From the NCBI GenBank assembly GCA_963787025.1, contig CAWBBG010000011.1, positions 61,862-125,861 of the forward strand: 64,000 bases of DNA, read 5' to 3'. The notes beneath the pieces are model-generated. The model was not told the DNA's origin. It saw only the letters and a list, made by a program, of their open reading frames with translations, and searched no databases. The DNA is from an uncultured Chloroflexia bacterium (GTDB lineage: Bacteria; Chloroflexota; Limnocylindria; QHBO01). The number at the start of each line of letters is the position of its first letter. The first letter of the stretch is position 1. A program made the translations under genes and the position numbers. Positions 1 to 10,811 of this stretch are shown in pieces.

Positions 1-313
1 GACCGCGGACGAGATCACCGAGATGCTGCTGACGCCGGTCCTCGACGACCTGCCGTTCAAGTCCGGCGACAAGGTGCTTGCCTTCGTTAACGGCATGGGT
101 GGCACGCCGCTCATCGAGCTGTACGTCGTCTACAACAAGGTCGCGGCGATGTGCCGTGACCGTGGCGTCTCGATCGAGCGCAACCTGGTCGGGAACTACA
201 TCACCTCGCTGGACATGGCAGGGTGCTCGATCACGCTGCTCAAGCTCGACGACGAGATGACCCGGCTCTGGGACGCGCCGGTCCACACCCCGGCCCTTCG
301 CTGGGGGGTGTGA
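1..313 (+). CDS. dhaK: dihydroxyacetone kinase subunit DhaK, C-terminal part (5' end outside window)
   Basis: Frame of ORF 23..313 stays open to the window edge; C-terminal DhaK-like sequence ([30 protein letters not shown]); immediately followed by dhaL. Confidence 0.8.
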   Translation, partial: TADEITEMLLTPVLDDLPFKSGDKVLAFVNGMGGTPLIELYVVYNKVAAMCRDRGVSIERNLVGNYITSLDMAGCSITLLKLDDEMTRLWDAPVHTPALRWGV

Positions 314-320
314 CAGGCCG

Positions 321-959
321 ATGATCGAGATCGGGTCGGACGACCTCCTTCGGTTTCTCGAGCTCTATGCCCAGCGCATCAATGAGCGCAAGGTCGAGCT
401 GACCGATCTCGATTCGCAGATCGGGGATGCTGATCACGGGATCAACATGGATCGGGGCTTTACCGCCGTGAAGGCGAAGCTTCCCGACCTGCGCGGGAGT
501 GACCTGGGGACGATCGCCAAGACGGTCGGGATGACGCTCATCTCGACCGTCGGCGGCGCCTCAGGCCCGCTGTATGGAACCTTTTTCCTCCGTCTCAGCA
601 CGTCGCTCGGAGAGCGACAGACGGTTCCGCTGCCGGACCTCGTCGCGGCAATTCGTGCCGGTCTCGAGGGCGTGAAGCAGCGGGGCAAGGCGGAGCTCGA
701 CGACAAGACCATGGTCGATGCCATGACACCTGCCGTCGAGGCGCTCGAAGCAGCCGAGAACGGCAGCGATCTGAGAGCAGCCCTGAACGCTGCCGCCGAG
801 GCGGCAGCCGCCGGCCGGGATCGGATCACGCCGCTCGTGGCACGCAAAGGCAGAGCCAGCTATCTGGGGGAGCGCTCGGCTAACCACCAGGACCCGGGTG
901 CAACCTCGACCACCATTCTCTTCGAGGCGCTCCGCGACGCCGTCGCGCCCGTGGCGTAG
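321..959 (+). CDS. dhaL: dihydroxyacetone kinase ADP-binding subunit DhaL
   Basis: 212 aa; DhaL-like helical domain ([30 protein letters not shown]); sits in dhaK-dhaL order. Confidence 0.85.
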   Translation: MIEIGSDDLLRFLELYAQRINERKVELTDLDSQIGDADHGINMDRGFTAVKAKLPDLRGSDLGTIAKTVGMTLISTVGGASGPLYGTFFLRLSTSLGERQTVPLPDLVAAIRAGLEGVKQRGKAELDDKTMVDAMTPAVEALEAAENGSDLRAALNAAAEAAAAGRDRITPLVARKGRASYLGERSANHQDPGATSTTILFEALRDAVAPVA

Positions 960-1015
960 CGGGCCGAGCAGCCGCGTCCGCCCCGATCGTCCGAAGAACA
1001 GGAGTAGGAGAGCAC

Positions 1016-2512
1016 ATGGCGAACTACGTAGGAGCCCTGGACCAGGGCACGACCTCCACCCGCTTCATGATCTTTGATCATGCCGGGCAGGTGAAGGGCA
1101 TCGACCAGAAGGAGCACGAGCAGATCTTCCCGAAGCCCGGGTGGGTCGAGCACGACGCGATGGAGATCTGGCAGCGGAGCCAGGCGGTCATCGAGGGCGC
1201 GCTCAAGAAGACCGGCATCCAGGCCAGCGACCTCGCGGCGATTGGCGTCACCAACCAGCGCGAGACGACCGTGGTCTGGGAGAAGGCGACCGGCAAGCCG
1301 GTCTACAACGCCATCGTCTGGCAGGACACCCGCACCGACCAGATCTGCAACGCGCTGTCCGCCGATGGCGGGCAGGATCGGTTCCGGCCCAAGACCGGAC
1401 TGCCGATCGCAACCTACTTCTCCGGCCCCAAGATCAAGTGGATCCTCGACAACGTCGAGGGCGTCCGCGCCAAGGCGGAGAAGGGTGAGGTGCTCTTCGG
1501 GAACATCGACACCTGGTGCATCTGGAACCTCACCGGTGGCCCGAACGGCGGCAAGCACGTGACGGACGTGACCAACGCCAGCCGCACCATGATGATGAAC
1601 CTCGAGACGCTGGCCTGGGACGACGAGATCCTGGGGATCCTCGGCGTTCCGAAGGCGATGCTTCCACAGATCAAGGCCTCCAGCGAGGAGTACGGCAAGG
1701 CGACCGGTGTCGTGGCCGGCATCCCGGTGGCAGGCGACCTCGGCGACCAGCAGGCGGCCCTCTTCGGGCAGACCTGCTTCGCCGTCGGCGAGGCCAAGAA
1801 CACCTACGGCACGGGCAACTTCCTGGTGCTCAACACGGGGAACAAGCCGGTTCCGTCGAAGTCTGGGCTGATCACGGGCCTCGGCTACAAGATCGGGGAC
1901 CAGCCCGCGGTCTACATGCTCGAGGGTTCGATTGCCATCACGGGCGCGCTCGTGCAGTGGCTGCGGGACAACCTGGGCATGATCCAGTCCTCGGCTGAGG
2001 TCGAGGCGCTGGCGGGCACGGTGGAGGACAACGGGGGCGTCTACTTCGTCCCGGCCTTCTCCGGCCTCTTTGCTCCGTACTGGAAGAGCGACGCGCGCGG
2101 CGTGATCGCCGGCCTGACCCGGTACGTGAACAAGGGTCACATCGCGCGTGCGGTGCTCGAGGCAACCGCGTGGCAGACCAAGGAAGTGGTCGACGCCATG
2201 AACAAGGACTCCGGCGTGGCGCTCACCTCGCTCAAGGTCGACGGGGGCATGGTCTACAACGAGCTGCTCATGCAGTTCCAGGCCGATGTCCTCGACGTCC
2301 CGGTCATCCGGCCGACCGTCGCTGAGACGACCGCGCTGGGTGCCGCCTACGCGGCCGGTCTTGCCGTTGGCTTCTGGAAGGAGGTCGAGGACCTCCGCGC
2401 CAACTGGGGCAAGGACAAGGAGTGGGATCCGAAGATGGATGCCACCGAGCGGGCCAAGGAGTACGCGCTCTGGAAGAAGGCCGTCACGCGGACCTTCGAC
2501 TGGGTGGAGTAA
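1016..2512 (+). CDS. glpK: glycerol kinase
   Basis: 498 aa; FGGY kinase N-terminus ([16 protein letters not shown]); full-length similarity to GlpK; RBS GGAGTAGGAG upstream. Confidence 0.95.
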   Translation: MANYVGALDQGTTSTRFMIFDHAGQVKGIDQKEHEQIFPKPGWVEHDAMEIWQRSQAVIEGALKKTGIQASDLAAIGVTNQRETTVVWEKATGKPVYNAIVWQDTRTDQICNALSADGGQDRFRPKTGLPIATYFSGPKIKWILDNVEGVRAKAEKGEVLFGNIDTWCIWNLTGGPNGGKHVTDVTNASRTMMMNLETLAWDDEILGILGVPKAMLPQIKASSEEYGKATGVVAGIPVAGDLGDQQAALFGQTCFAVGEAKNTYGTGNFLVLNTGNKPVPSKSGLITGLGYKIGDQPAVYMLEGSIAITGALVQWLRDNLGMIQSSAEVEALAGTVEDNGGVYFVPAFSGLFAPYWKSDARGVIAGLTRYVNKGHIARAVLEATAWQTKEVVDAMNKDSGVALTSLKVDGGMVYNELLMQFQADVLDVPVIRPTVAETTALGAAYAAGLAVGFWKEVEDLRANWGKDKEWDPKMDATERAKEYALWKKAVTRTFDWVE

Positions 2513-2607
2513 CGATCGCCACCTTCTGAGGTGGTCCGATCGGAGGATCATGGGCGGCGCGGCTCGCGGAAGAGCCGCGCCGCCTCTCATCATGAGGAGC
2601 ACGCTGG

Positions 2608-3021
2608 ATGGCCGTTGGGATCGTCGTCGTCTCACATTCCGCAGCGCTCGCCGATGATGTCGTGGCACTCGTCACGGCGCTCGGCCACCTTGCCCCGGAG
2701 GAGCCACCGCTGCTTGCCGCGGGGGGCCTGGATGCGGAGACCATCGGCACCGATGCCACGCGCATCGCCGCCGCCATCGAAGCGGCGGACCGGGGAGAGG
2801 GCGTCGTGCTGGTCGCGGACCTGGGTTCTGCCGTACTCTCCGCCCAGACGGCGATCGAGGATCTGCTCGCGCCGGACCTGGCCGCGCGGGTCCGGATCAG
2901 CCGCGGGCCGCTGGTGGAGGGCGCCTTCGTCGCGGCCGTGCAGGCATCGGCCGGTGACACGCTCACCGCGGTGCTCGAGGCGGCCGATGCGGCGGCAGAG
3001 TTGAACAAGCTGGAGGGCTGA
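2608..3021 (+). CDS. dhaM: dihydroxyacetone kinase phosphotransfer subunit DhaM (single EIIA-mannose-like domain)
   Basis: 137 aa; EIIA-Man fold signature (GIVVVSHS, active-site His region); follows dhaK/dhaL. Confidence 0.75.
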   Translation: MAVGIVVVSHSAALADDVVALVTALGHLAPEEPPLLAAGGLDAETIGTDATRIAAAIEAADRGEGVVLVADLGSAVLSAQTAIEDLLAPDLAARVRISRGPLVEGAFVAAVQASAGDTLTAVLEAADAAAELNKLEG

Positions 3022-3024
3022 GCA

Positions 3025-3666
3025 TTGGTGACGGTCGCACTGGCGGTGGTGGTGGGCTACCTGCTCGGGGCGATCCCGTTCGGGCTGCTGATGGGCCGCA
3101 TCACGCGTGGCATCGACATCCGTGCCTACGGGTCGCACCGCACCGGCGCCACCAATGCCCTCCGCACCCTGGGCGCCGCTCCGGCGGCGCTCGTGTTCGT
3201 GCTCGACATCGGGAAGGGCGTCGCCGCGGTCCTCATCGCGCGCTTCCTGCTTCCCGCCGATTCGGTCTCGCTGGCCGAGTGGGCCGCGGCCGCGGCCGGC
3301 TTCTCGGCCATCGTGGGTCACAACTGGTCGGTCTTCATCCGATTCACGGGCGGTCGCGGCGTGTCGACCTCGACCGGCGCGCTGGGGGCCATGGCGCCCT
3401 GGGCGCTGCTGGTGATGGCGCCGGTGGTCGTGTTCATCATCTGGCGCTGGCGGTACGTGTCGCTGGGTTCGGTCTCGGGGGCCGTGCTCTCCCCGGTCGT
3501 GGTGGGGATCCTGGCGCTGGTCCATGTCTCGACGGTGCAGGCCCTCGTGTACGCCCTCGCCGCGGGCACGCTGGTCACCGTCGCCCATGCCGACAACATC
3601 GGCAGGCTGCGGGCGGGGACGGAGCGCAAGATCGGTCAGAAGGAGCAGGTGGCGACCCATGGCTGA
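3025..3666 (+). CDS. plsY: glycerol-3-phosphate acyltransferase PlsY
   Basis: 213 aa membrane protein; PlsY motifs (GSHRTGATNA, FRFTGGRGVSTS). Confidence 0.9.
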   Translation: MVTVALAVVVGYLLGAIPFGLLMGRITRGIDIRAYGSHRTGATNALRTLGAAPAALVFVLDIGKGVAAVLIARFLLPADSVSLAEWAAAAAGFSAIVGHNWSVFIRFTGGRGVSTSTGALGAMAPWALLVMAPVVVFIIWRWRYVSLGSVSGAVLSPVVVGILALVHVSTVQALVYALAAGTLVTVAHADNIGRLRAGTERKIGQKEQVATHG

Positions 3667-4267
3667 CGCGCCGGCGCCGGCGCGCCTCACCTCCCCGGCC
3701 AACCTCCTGGGGCTGCTGCGCATCGGCCTGACGCCGGTCGTCATCGTGCTGCTGGTGCTGCCCTTCCCCGGGGCCGGGCTGATCGCTTTCGTCATCTTCT
3801 GCATCGCGGCGGTGACCGATTTCTTCGATGGTCGCGTCGCCCGCGCCCGCGGCGAGGTGAGCCCCTTCGGCGTCTTCATGGACCTCACCGCCGACAAGGT
3901 GCTGGTCGCCGGCGTCCTGATCGCCATGGTCCAGGTCTCCCTGGTGCCGGCCTGGATGGTGGCCATCATCCTGATCCGCGAGTTCGTGATCTCCGGCGTG
4001 CGCCAGCTGGCGGCGACCGCAAGCGTGGTGATCTCGGCGCGGGCGCTGGGCAAGAGCAAGACCCTCACCACCCTGGCCGCCATGGCGATCCTGCTGCTCG
4101 CCTTCGACGCGGCGCAGGGCGGGCCACTCGCCGGGTTTGGTATCGGCGATGCGCTGCAGGCGATCGGCTTCTGGCTGATGGTGGTGGCCACCGCGCTCAC
4201 CCTGATCTCGGCGTACGACTACCTGTCTGGGGCATGGGAGATGCTCATCGGTACCCGCCGTGACTGA
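3659..4267 (+). CDS. pgsA: CDP-diacylglycerol--glycerol-3-phosphate 3-phosphatidyltransferase
   Basis: CDP-alcohol phosphatidyltransferase motif (DFFDGRVAR...G...DLTADK); internal ATG at 3659 overlaps the plsY stop by 8 bp; the upstream part of ORF 3524.. is Arg-rich non-coding-like. Confidence 0.85.
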   Translation: MADAPAPARLTSPANLLGLLRIGLTPVVIVLLVLPFPGAGLIAFVIFCIAAVTDFFDGRVARARGEVSPFGVFMDLTADKVLVAGVLIAMVQVSLVPAWMVAIILIREFVISGVRQLAATASVVISARALGKSKTLTTLAAMAILLLAFDAAQGGPLAGFGIGDALQAIGFWLMVVATALTLISAYDYLSGAWEMLIGTRRD

Positions 4268-5878
4268 CGTCGATGTGGTCGTGGTTGGCGGAGGCGCGAC
4301 CGGGTCGGGCGTACTGCGCGACCTGGCGATGCGGGGGATCCGTGCCCTGCTCGTGGACCGCGGCGACTTCGGCACCGGCACCAGCGGCCGGTATCACGGG
4401 CTCCTCCACTCAGGCGCCCGCTACGTCGTGCGGGATCCGGGTCCGCGCGCGATTGCGCGCGGGAGAACACCACCCTGCGACGCATCGCGCCGGGCTGCAT
4501 CGACATGACCGGCGGCTACTTCGTGGCGACGCCCGACGAGCCGGACGACTATCTCGAGGGATTCGCGGCGGCATGTGCTGCGGCCGAGGTGCCGATCGAG
4601 CCGGTGCCGCTCGACGAGCTCTTCGCCGCCGAGCCGCTCCTCAATCCCCGGATCCACGCCGCCTACGCGGTCCAGGACGCGGCCCTGGAGCCGTGGGAGC
4701 TGATCGACGCCAATGTGGCGTCAGCCCGCGAGCATGGTGGAGACGCGTGGCGCTACCAGGCGCTGGTGGGGGTCGATCGCGGCGCCGACGGCAGGGTGGA
4801 GGGCGTCCAGCTCGAGGATCGGCGGACCGGTGATCGCCGCCGGGTCACCTGCAGCGTCCTGATCAACGCGGCAGGCGCGTGGGCCGGCCAGGTTGCCGCC
4901 CTGGCCGGTGGCGTATTGCACATGAGCCCCGGCAAGGGCTCCATGCTGATCATGAATCGCCGGATCACGCGCGCGGTCATCAACCGGCTCTCGCCTCCGG
5001 GCGACGGCGACATCCTGGTCCCGGTCCACACCGTGAGCATCCTGGGCACCACCGATACCACGGTGCCGGATCCCGACCACGTCGCCGTCACCGCGGACGA
5101 GGTCGATGCTCTCCTGGCCCATGGCGATCACCTCATCCCGGGCCTCTCCAGCGCGAGAGTGCTGCGCTCGTATGCCGGATGCCGGCCCCTGTACGACGCC
5201 ACGGAGCTGGGAGGGAAGGTGGAGGAGCAGCACCACGACGACTCACGGCTGATCAGCCGGGCGCACCACGTCATCGACCACGACGCAAAGGACGGCATCC
5301 CGGGCTTCTGGAGCATCGTCGGCGGCAAGCTGACCACCTTCCGGCTCATGGCCGAGGAGATCTCCAACCGCGTGGCCGCCTCCCTGGGGGTGGACGTCGC
5401 ATGTCGAACCGCCGTCGAGCCGCTTCCGGCACCGGTGGGAGGCAGCTCCTACTGGCAGGGATCGCGCCTGGCCGGCATCGAGGCCGATGGCGGGGGCGAC
5501 GCGGAGCTGGTCTGCGAATGCGAGATCGTGACGAACGCCGCGCTGCGTCACGCGCTCGACGAGCGCGCAGACTCCTCTCTCGACGACCTGCGCCGGACCA
5601 CGAGGTTGGGAATGGGTCCCTGCCAGGGCGCCTTCTGCACGAGTCGCGCCGCCGCCGCCCTTGCCGAGCGGTACGACGCCGGGAGGCTGCCGACCGCCGC
5701 GCCCGAACCCAACGACTCGCTGCGCGGGTTCCTCCGCGAGCGACTGCGCGGTGCTGCGCCCATCGCGTGGGGCGACCAGCTCATGGAGCTGTGGCTCGAG
5801 GCGGGCATCTATCGCGGCACCATGGCCGTCGACACGCTGCCGCCCGGGAACGGAGGACCTCCTGATGCCGAGCGCTGA
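4260..5878 (+). CDS. glpA: anaerobic glycerol-3-phosphate dehydrogenase subunit A, reading frame broken by one indel near 4435-4445
   Basis: N-terminal FAD fold ([21 protein letters not shown]...HSGARY) in frame 0; continues in frame 2 ([27 protein letters not shown]...); C-terminal BFD-like 2Fe-2S motif CECEIV...[10 protein letters not shown]; collinear with E. coli GlpA. Confidence 0.85.
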
Positions 5879-7160
5879 TGTGGTCGTCATCGGGGCGGGG
5901 CTCTCAGGACTCACCGCCGCGATCGAGCTTGCCGAGCGCGGGGCACGGGTTCATCTGGCCGCGAAGGGCATGGCCGCCACGCACTGGGCCCACGGTGGGC
6001 TGGACGCGGCGGCGCCCGCCGGCGCGACCACGTCCGCCACGGGCGTGGAGGCGCTGCGCGCGGTCGCCGGCCATCCCTACGGATTCCTGCATGAAGAGCT
6101 TCCGTCCGCGGTCGCCGCGCACCTCGATCGCCTCGCCGCGGAGGGACTGCCGTATCACGGCGACCTCGCCGCGCCGCTGCGGCCGTTTCCCACGCCCGTC
6201 GGCGGGTTGCGGCCGGCCGCCATCGTTCCTGAAGGCCAGGCCGCGGCGCTCGAGCCGTGGGGACCCGACGAAGGCCTGTTCCTGCTCGGCATTGAGCGGT
6301 TCCGCGACGCGTGGCCCGCGTTCGCGATGCGCAACCTCGCGCGACAGCCCTGGCCCGGGGGTCCCGCGCGCATGGAGCGCGCCACGGCCAGGCTGCCGGG
6401 GCTGGAGCGGCTCCACAACCTCAACGCGCTCGTACTCGCCCGGCGCTTCGATGACGAAGCCTGGGCCGCCTCTGCGCTCGACGCGCTGCGCGCTGCGCTG
6501 CCACCCACCGGGAGCTGGCGCATCGGGCTGCCGGCGGTTCTCGGCCTGGAACGACACGCCCGGGTCCTGGCCCGCGCGGCCGATCGGCTCGGGCACCCGG
6601 TGTTCGAGATTCCCACCCTGCCGCCATCGGTTCCCGGGCTGAGGCTCTTCGAGGCGCTCCGCCGGCGCGCGTTGGCACTGGGCGTCTCGGTGCAGATCGG
6701 GTTTGCCGTCGAACAGATCATCCGCGAGGACGACCGGGTCGTGGCGATCGAGACCCGCGCGGCCGCGAGGCCGCTGCGCACCCGCACCGGCGAGATGATC
6801 CTGGCCACGGGCGGAATCGCGGGCGGCGGATTCCGTGGCGAGCGCGACGGCTCGCTCACCGACGTCGTGGCCGGCCTGCCGGTGACGGCGCCGGCACGCG
6901 CCGAGTGGCTGACGGGGGACCTCTACGGTGCTGACGGCGTCCCGCTCGAGACGGCCGGGATCCGCGTCGACGACTCGCTGCGGCCGGTCGCGCCCGACGG
7001 GACGGTGCTGCTCCGCAACCTGCGCGTGGTGGGCAGCGCGCTGGCCGGGATGCGGTATCTCTCGGAGCGCTGCGGCGACGGTGTTGCCCTGGCCAGCGCC
7101 CGGCTGGCGGGGCGCCTCGCGGCGGAATCGGTCCGGCCGGAGGAGGCGGTCGCGCCATGA
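5865..7160 (+). CDS. glpB: anaerobic glycerol-3-phosphate dehydrogenase subunit B
   Basis: Internal ATG at 5865 ([22 protein letters not shown] fold) overlaps the glpA stop; the upstream part of ORF 5661.. is antisense-like Arg/Pro-rich. Confidence 0.85.
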   Translation: MPSADVVVIGAGLSGLTAAIELAERGARVHLAAKGMAATHWAHGGLDAAAPAGATTSATGVEALRAVAGHPYGFLHEELPSAVAAHLDRLAAEGLPYHGDLAAPLRPFPTPVGGLRPAAIVPEGQAAALEPWGPDEGLFLLGIERFRDAWPAFAMRNLARQPWPGGPARMERATARLPGLERLHNLNALVLARRFDDEAWAASALDALRAALPPTGSWRIGLPAVLGLERHARVLARAADRLGHPVFEIPTLPPSVPGLRLFEALRRRALALGVSVQIGFAVEQIIREDDRVVAIETRAAARPLRTRTGEMILATGGIAGGGFRGERDGSLTDVVAGLPVTAPARAEWLTGDLYGADGVPLETAGIRVDDSLRPVAPDGTVLLRNLRVVGSALAGMRYLSERCGDGVALASARLAGRLAAESVRPEEAVAP

Positions 7161-8437
7161 GCTTTGTCAACGCGGGGGACTACGGCTACCCGCCCTTCTC
7201 GACGGATCATTGCATCAAGTGCAACGTCTGCACCACGGTCTGCCCGGTGGCGCGGGTGACGGATGCGTTCCCGGGGCCCAAGTACGTGGGACCCCAGGCA
7301 CAACGCTTCCGCGATGAGCGCGTCGCGGACACCAGCGTCGACTGGTGCAGCGGCTGCGGCTACTGCACCCGGGCCTGTCCGGCCGGCGTCCTCATCGCCG
7401 AGACGAACAGCCGGACCCGGGCGCACATCGTCGCCGAGCGCGGCTCGAACCTGCGGAACAGGCTCATCAGCGACACCGATCTCCTCATCCGCTTCGGCGT
7501 CCCGCTGGCCCCCATCGTGAACCTGGGGCTGCGCAACCGCCTCGCGCGCTGGTTCGGCGAGGTGGCGGGCGGTATCCACCGCCGTGCCGCGGTGCACCCG
7601 TTCGCGCGGCGCACGTTCCGCTCCTGGTTGCGGCGTCGGCCTGCCGCCGCCGACGCGGGCCCCGAGAAGACGATCGTCTACTTCCACGGCTGCGCGGTCA
7701 ACGGTTTCGAGCCCGGGCTGGGGCGTGACGCGATCGAGGTCCTCGAGCGCAACGGATTCACCGTCATCGTTCCCGACCAGGGGTGCTGCGGGCTGCCCAT
7801 GATCAGCAACGGCCTCTACCCCGAGGCCCGGAAGAAGGCCGCCCGGAACATCGCCAGCCTGGCCGACTACGCAAAGCGCGGCTACCGGATCGTCTCCACC
7901 TCCACGTCGTGCGGCAACACGCTCAAATCCGAGTGGCACGAGATGCTGGACCTGCACGATGACGATGCGCGGGCCGTGTCACACGCCACCTGGGACATCT
8001 GCGAGCTGCTCGTCGAGCTGCACGACGAAGGGAAGCTCGACACCCGCCTGGCGCCGATGGAGCGCGAGCTCCCGTATCACCCGCCCTGCCAGCTGCGGGC
8101 GCACGGGATCGGCACCCCGGCGACGACCCTCTTCGGGCTGATCCCCGGGCTTCGCGCGGTCGATTCCAACCACGATTGCTGCGGCGCGGCAGGCACCTAT
8201 GGGCTCAAGAAGGAGCGCTGGCAGGTCGCGCAGGACGTCGGTCGCGGGCTCTTCGAGAAAGTGGTGGCATCCGGCGCCCCGGATGCGGCGTGCGACTCGG
8301 AGACCTGCCGCTGGCAGATCACCGCGGCGACCGGGGTCCCGGTCCGCCACCCGATCGAGTACCTGGCCGAGTCGTACCGGACCTGGGATGCGACCCGCGG
8401 GTCGAGCGACGGGTTGGAGACGCGGGCGGACGCCTGA
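7157..8437 (+). CDS. glpC: anaerobic glycerol-3-phosphate dehydrogenase subunit C (Fe-S, CCG domains)
   Basis: 426 aa; two 4Fe-4S ferredoxin motifs (CIKCNVCTTVCP, CSGCGYCTRACP) plus Cys-rich CCG domains (GCCGLPM); ATGA overlap with glpB. Confidence 0.9.
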   Translation: MSFVNAGDYGYPPFSTDHCIKCNVCTTVCPVARVTDAFPGPKYVGPQAQRFRDERVADTSVDWCSGCGYCTRACPAGVLIAETNSRTRAHIVAERGSNLRNRLISDTDLLIRFGVPLAPIVNLGLRNRLARWFGEVAGGIHRRAAVHPFARRTFRSWLRRRPAAADAGPEKTIVYFHGCAVNGFEPGLGRDAIEVLERNGFTVIVPDQGCCGLPMISNGLYPEARKKAARNIASLADYAKRGYRIVSTSTSCGNTLKSEWHEMLDLHDDDARAVSHATWDICELLVELHDEGKLDTRLAPMERELPYHPPCQLRAHGIGTPATTLFGLIPGLRAVDSNHDCCGAAGTYGLKKERWQVAQDVGRGLFEKVVASGAPDAACDSETCRWQITAATGVPVRHPIEYLAESYRTWDATRGSSDGLETRADA

Positions 8438-8440
8438 CCG

Positions 8441-9229
8441 TCACCCGGTCTGGTCGGCTCGCTCCCACCAGGCGATAGTGGCCACCAGCCCGACCAGGAC
8501 GGTGACCGCCACGATGACGTAGCTCGCCACGCCGGCGACCTCGCCTTCGGGCCCGGCAGCGCCGGAGACGATGGCCGGCACAGCCCACGGGAAGACGGCC
8601 CCGTGGCCGAGCACCGCGAGGACCTGGGCGGCGACGATGGTCAGGACGGCCCAGGCGAGCGGTGGGATGTAGCCGCGTCCCGCGGAGGCGAAGAAGGCGG
8701 TGGTCGTCTGCAGGCCCACCACCATGACCGCGATGCTGGCCAACGTCCCCAAGGTGCTCCACCCCAGCGCCGCATTCCATCCCGGGATCGACACGGCGGC
8801 GCCGATGGCAAAGCCCAGCGCCACCACCCAGGCCGAGATGACGATGCCCCAGGTCATGACCACCACGGTCTTGGCGACGACGATCGCCCAGCGCGGGGTG
8901 GGAATGGCGAGCAGGCCGCGGACCGTGCGGTCAGCGAACTCGCGGCCGAAGACCCAGGCGGCCAGGAAGGCGAACATGATCCCGCCGCCCACGGCCATCG
9001 CCTGGGCCACCAGGCTAAGGTAGGTCGGCCAGTCGGCGCTGCCGCCCACGAGCTGGGCCTTGGTGCCCAGGAGGCCCAGCTTCCGCGCGGTCTCGGGGTC
9101 CTTGAGGATGACCATGAACAGCCCGCCGATGAGCGGGGCAAGCGAGAAGCCGATGCCGACGACCCAGGGTACGCGCGAGCGCCTGGACTTGCCCAGCTCG
9201 ACGCCGATGGCGGTCCACAGGACGCTCAT
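8441..9229 (-). CDS. ABC-2 family transporter permease
   Basis: 262 aa, 6 predicted TM segments; operon with the upstream ATPase (4-bp overlap). Confidence 0.8.
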   Translation of the reverse strand: MSVLWTAIGVELGKSRRSRVPWVVGIGFSLAPLIGGLFMVILKDPETARKLGLLGTKAQLVGGSADWPTYLSLVAQAMAVGGGIMFAFLAAWVFGREFADRTVRGLLAIPTPRWAIVVAKTVVVMTWGIVISAWVVALGFAIGAAVSIPGWNAALGWSTLGTLASIAVMVVGLQTTTAFFASAGRGYIPPLAWAVLTIVAAQVLAVLGHGAVFPWAVPAIVSGAAGPEGEVAGVASYVIVAVTVLVGLVATIAWWERADQTG

Positions 9230-10155
9230 GCCGCCTCCTGCCCGCCGGTGAGGCGGATGAAGTGGTCCTCCAGGGTCTCGCGCGCCATCGCCAGGTGGGT
9301 CGGTGCCGTACCGGCCGCCACCAGGACCCGGGCGACTTCGTCCGGGTTGGTCAGTGCCCGACGGTCGCGCACCTGGAGGAGGCCGTGCCCGTCGGGCCGT
9401 TCGGCCGTGAACCCAGCCGCGCGCAGGGCGCCTGCCGCGCGATCCAGGTCGCGCGCGCCGACCTCCAGGCGTGGATCCCGGTGCTGCTGGAGCGCCTCCG
9501 AGTCGAGCTCCTCCACGAGACGCCCGCGGTGGACAATGCCGATGCGGGTCGCGAAGCGGTCGACCTCGGCGAGGAGATGGCTCGAGACGAAGACGGTGAC
9601 TCCACGCTCGCGCGCCAGGGTGGTGAGCAGCTCGCGGATCTCGATCAGGCCCGCGGGATCGAGGCCGTTCGCCGGCTCGTCGAGGACCAGGAGCTCTGGT
9701 TCGTGGAGGAGGGCACGGGCCAGCGCCAGTCGCTGGAGGTTCCCGAGCGACAGCGCGCGGGCTTTCCGATCCGCGTACTCACCCAGCCGCAGGCGTTCGA
9801 TCTCGCGGTCCACGGCGCCGCGATCAGCAACCCCTTGGAGGCGCCGTGCCGCGTCGAGGTTCTCGCGTACGGTGAGGTCGGGGTAGGCGGTGGCGGACTC
9901 CACCAGGTGGCCCACCCGCCGCCAAAGCACTCGAGCATCGGCGCGGACGGGCTCGCCGAAGAGCATGGCCGACCCTTGTGTGGGCGCGATCATGCCGAGC
10001 AGCATGCGAATGGTGGTCGACTTCCCGGCGCCGTTGAGCCCCAGGAACGCGTAGATCTCACCGCGCGCGACGCGTAGGTCGACATGGTCTACCGCCAGGA
10101 CGTCACGGCTGTAACGCTTGGTGAGGCCGGTCGTGGCGACCGCCAGCTCGGTCAC
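9226..10155 (-). CDS. ABC transporter ATP-binding protein
   Basis: Walker A GLNGAGKSTT, signature LSLGNLQR, Walker B LLVLDEP. Confidence 0.9.
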   Translation of the reverse strand: MTELAVATTGLTKRYSRDVLAVDHVDLRVARGEIYAFLGLNGAGKSTTIRMLLGMIAPTQGSAMLFGEPVRADARVLWRRVGHLVESATAYPDLTVRENLDAARRLQGVADRGAVDREIERLRLGEYADRKARALSLGNLQRLALARALLHEPELLVLDEPANGLDPAGLIEIRELLTTLARERGVTVFVSSHLLAEVDRFATRIGIVHRGRLVEELDSEALQQHRDPRLEVGARDLDRAAGALRAAGFTAERPDGHGLLQVRDRRALTNPDEVARVLVAAGTAPTHLAMARETLEDHFIRLTGGQEAA

Positions 10156-10760
10156 GGTGCCTGGGTCCCATTCGCGCCGAGGGCGCGGAGCACGAACGCG
10201 TTGAGCTCGTCCATGGCATCGGGGACCTGGGCGGGATCGTTGATCACCTCGTGGAGCACCTCGAAACAGGCGAGGGCGAAGTGCGCGGCGCGCGTTGGGT
10301 CCTGGGCGACAAATGCGCCGGAGGCGATCCCCTCGGCGATCACCGCGGTAAGGGGCGGCGCGATCCGCGCCACGACGTGCTCGCCGACCCGGTCGTGGAC
10401 GGCCCGGTTCTCCGGCCGGTGGAAGACCTCGATGAGCTCGCGCTCATGGGGCTCGCGACCGACCTGGCTCACGGCCTGCCCCAGCGCCACGACACGCTCG
10501 ACGGGGGAGCGGCTGGCGTCCGCCAGGGTCTCCTCCACGAGCCGGCCCACGCCTTCCACCATACGTTCCGCGACGGCGGTGACGGCATCGTCCTTGGTGG
10601 CGAAGTACAGGTAGAAGGTGCCCTTCGCCACTCCGGCGGTCTGCACGATATGGTCGACGGACGTCTCCGAAAGACCGCGCTCACGAAGCTGTGCGATGGT
10701 CGCGTCGATGAGCGCGCCGCGCCGCGCTGTTCGCCGCGCGTCGCTCGACGAGGTTGCCAT
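10152..10760 (-). CDS. TetR/AcrR family transcriptional regulator
   Basis: N-terminal HTH (SVDHIVQTAGVAKGTFYLYF); first gene of the TetR-ABC operon. Confidence 0.85.
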   Translation of the reverse strand: MATSSSDARRTARRGALIDATIAQLRERGLSETSVDHIVQTAGVAKGTFYLYFATKDDAVTAVAERMVEGVGRLVEETLADASRSPVERVVALGQAVSQVGREPHERELIEVFHRPENRAVHDRVGEHVVARIAPPLTAVIAEGIASGAFVAQDPTRAAHFALACFEVLHEVINDPAQVPDAMDELNAFVLRALGANGTQAP

Positions 10761-10811
10761 CCGCTCGCCCTCACGTTACAGCTGACTGACCGTCAGTCAC
10801 TTGGTTGCGGG

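Noticed and set aside
860-2668. 602-aa ORF antisense to glpK; similar very long antisense ORFs at 2632..4200, 3575..4381, 6923..7957, 12336..14243, 15035..16279 (opposite strand), 25666..28725 (1019 aa, antisense to acnA), 30022..31632, 35768..37210, 37068..38435, 46661..48850
   Set aside because: Arg/Gly/Pro/Ala-rich, low-complexity translations typical of the non-coding frames of 70%-GC DNA; each lies opposite a gene with clear, motif-level conservation
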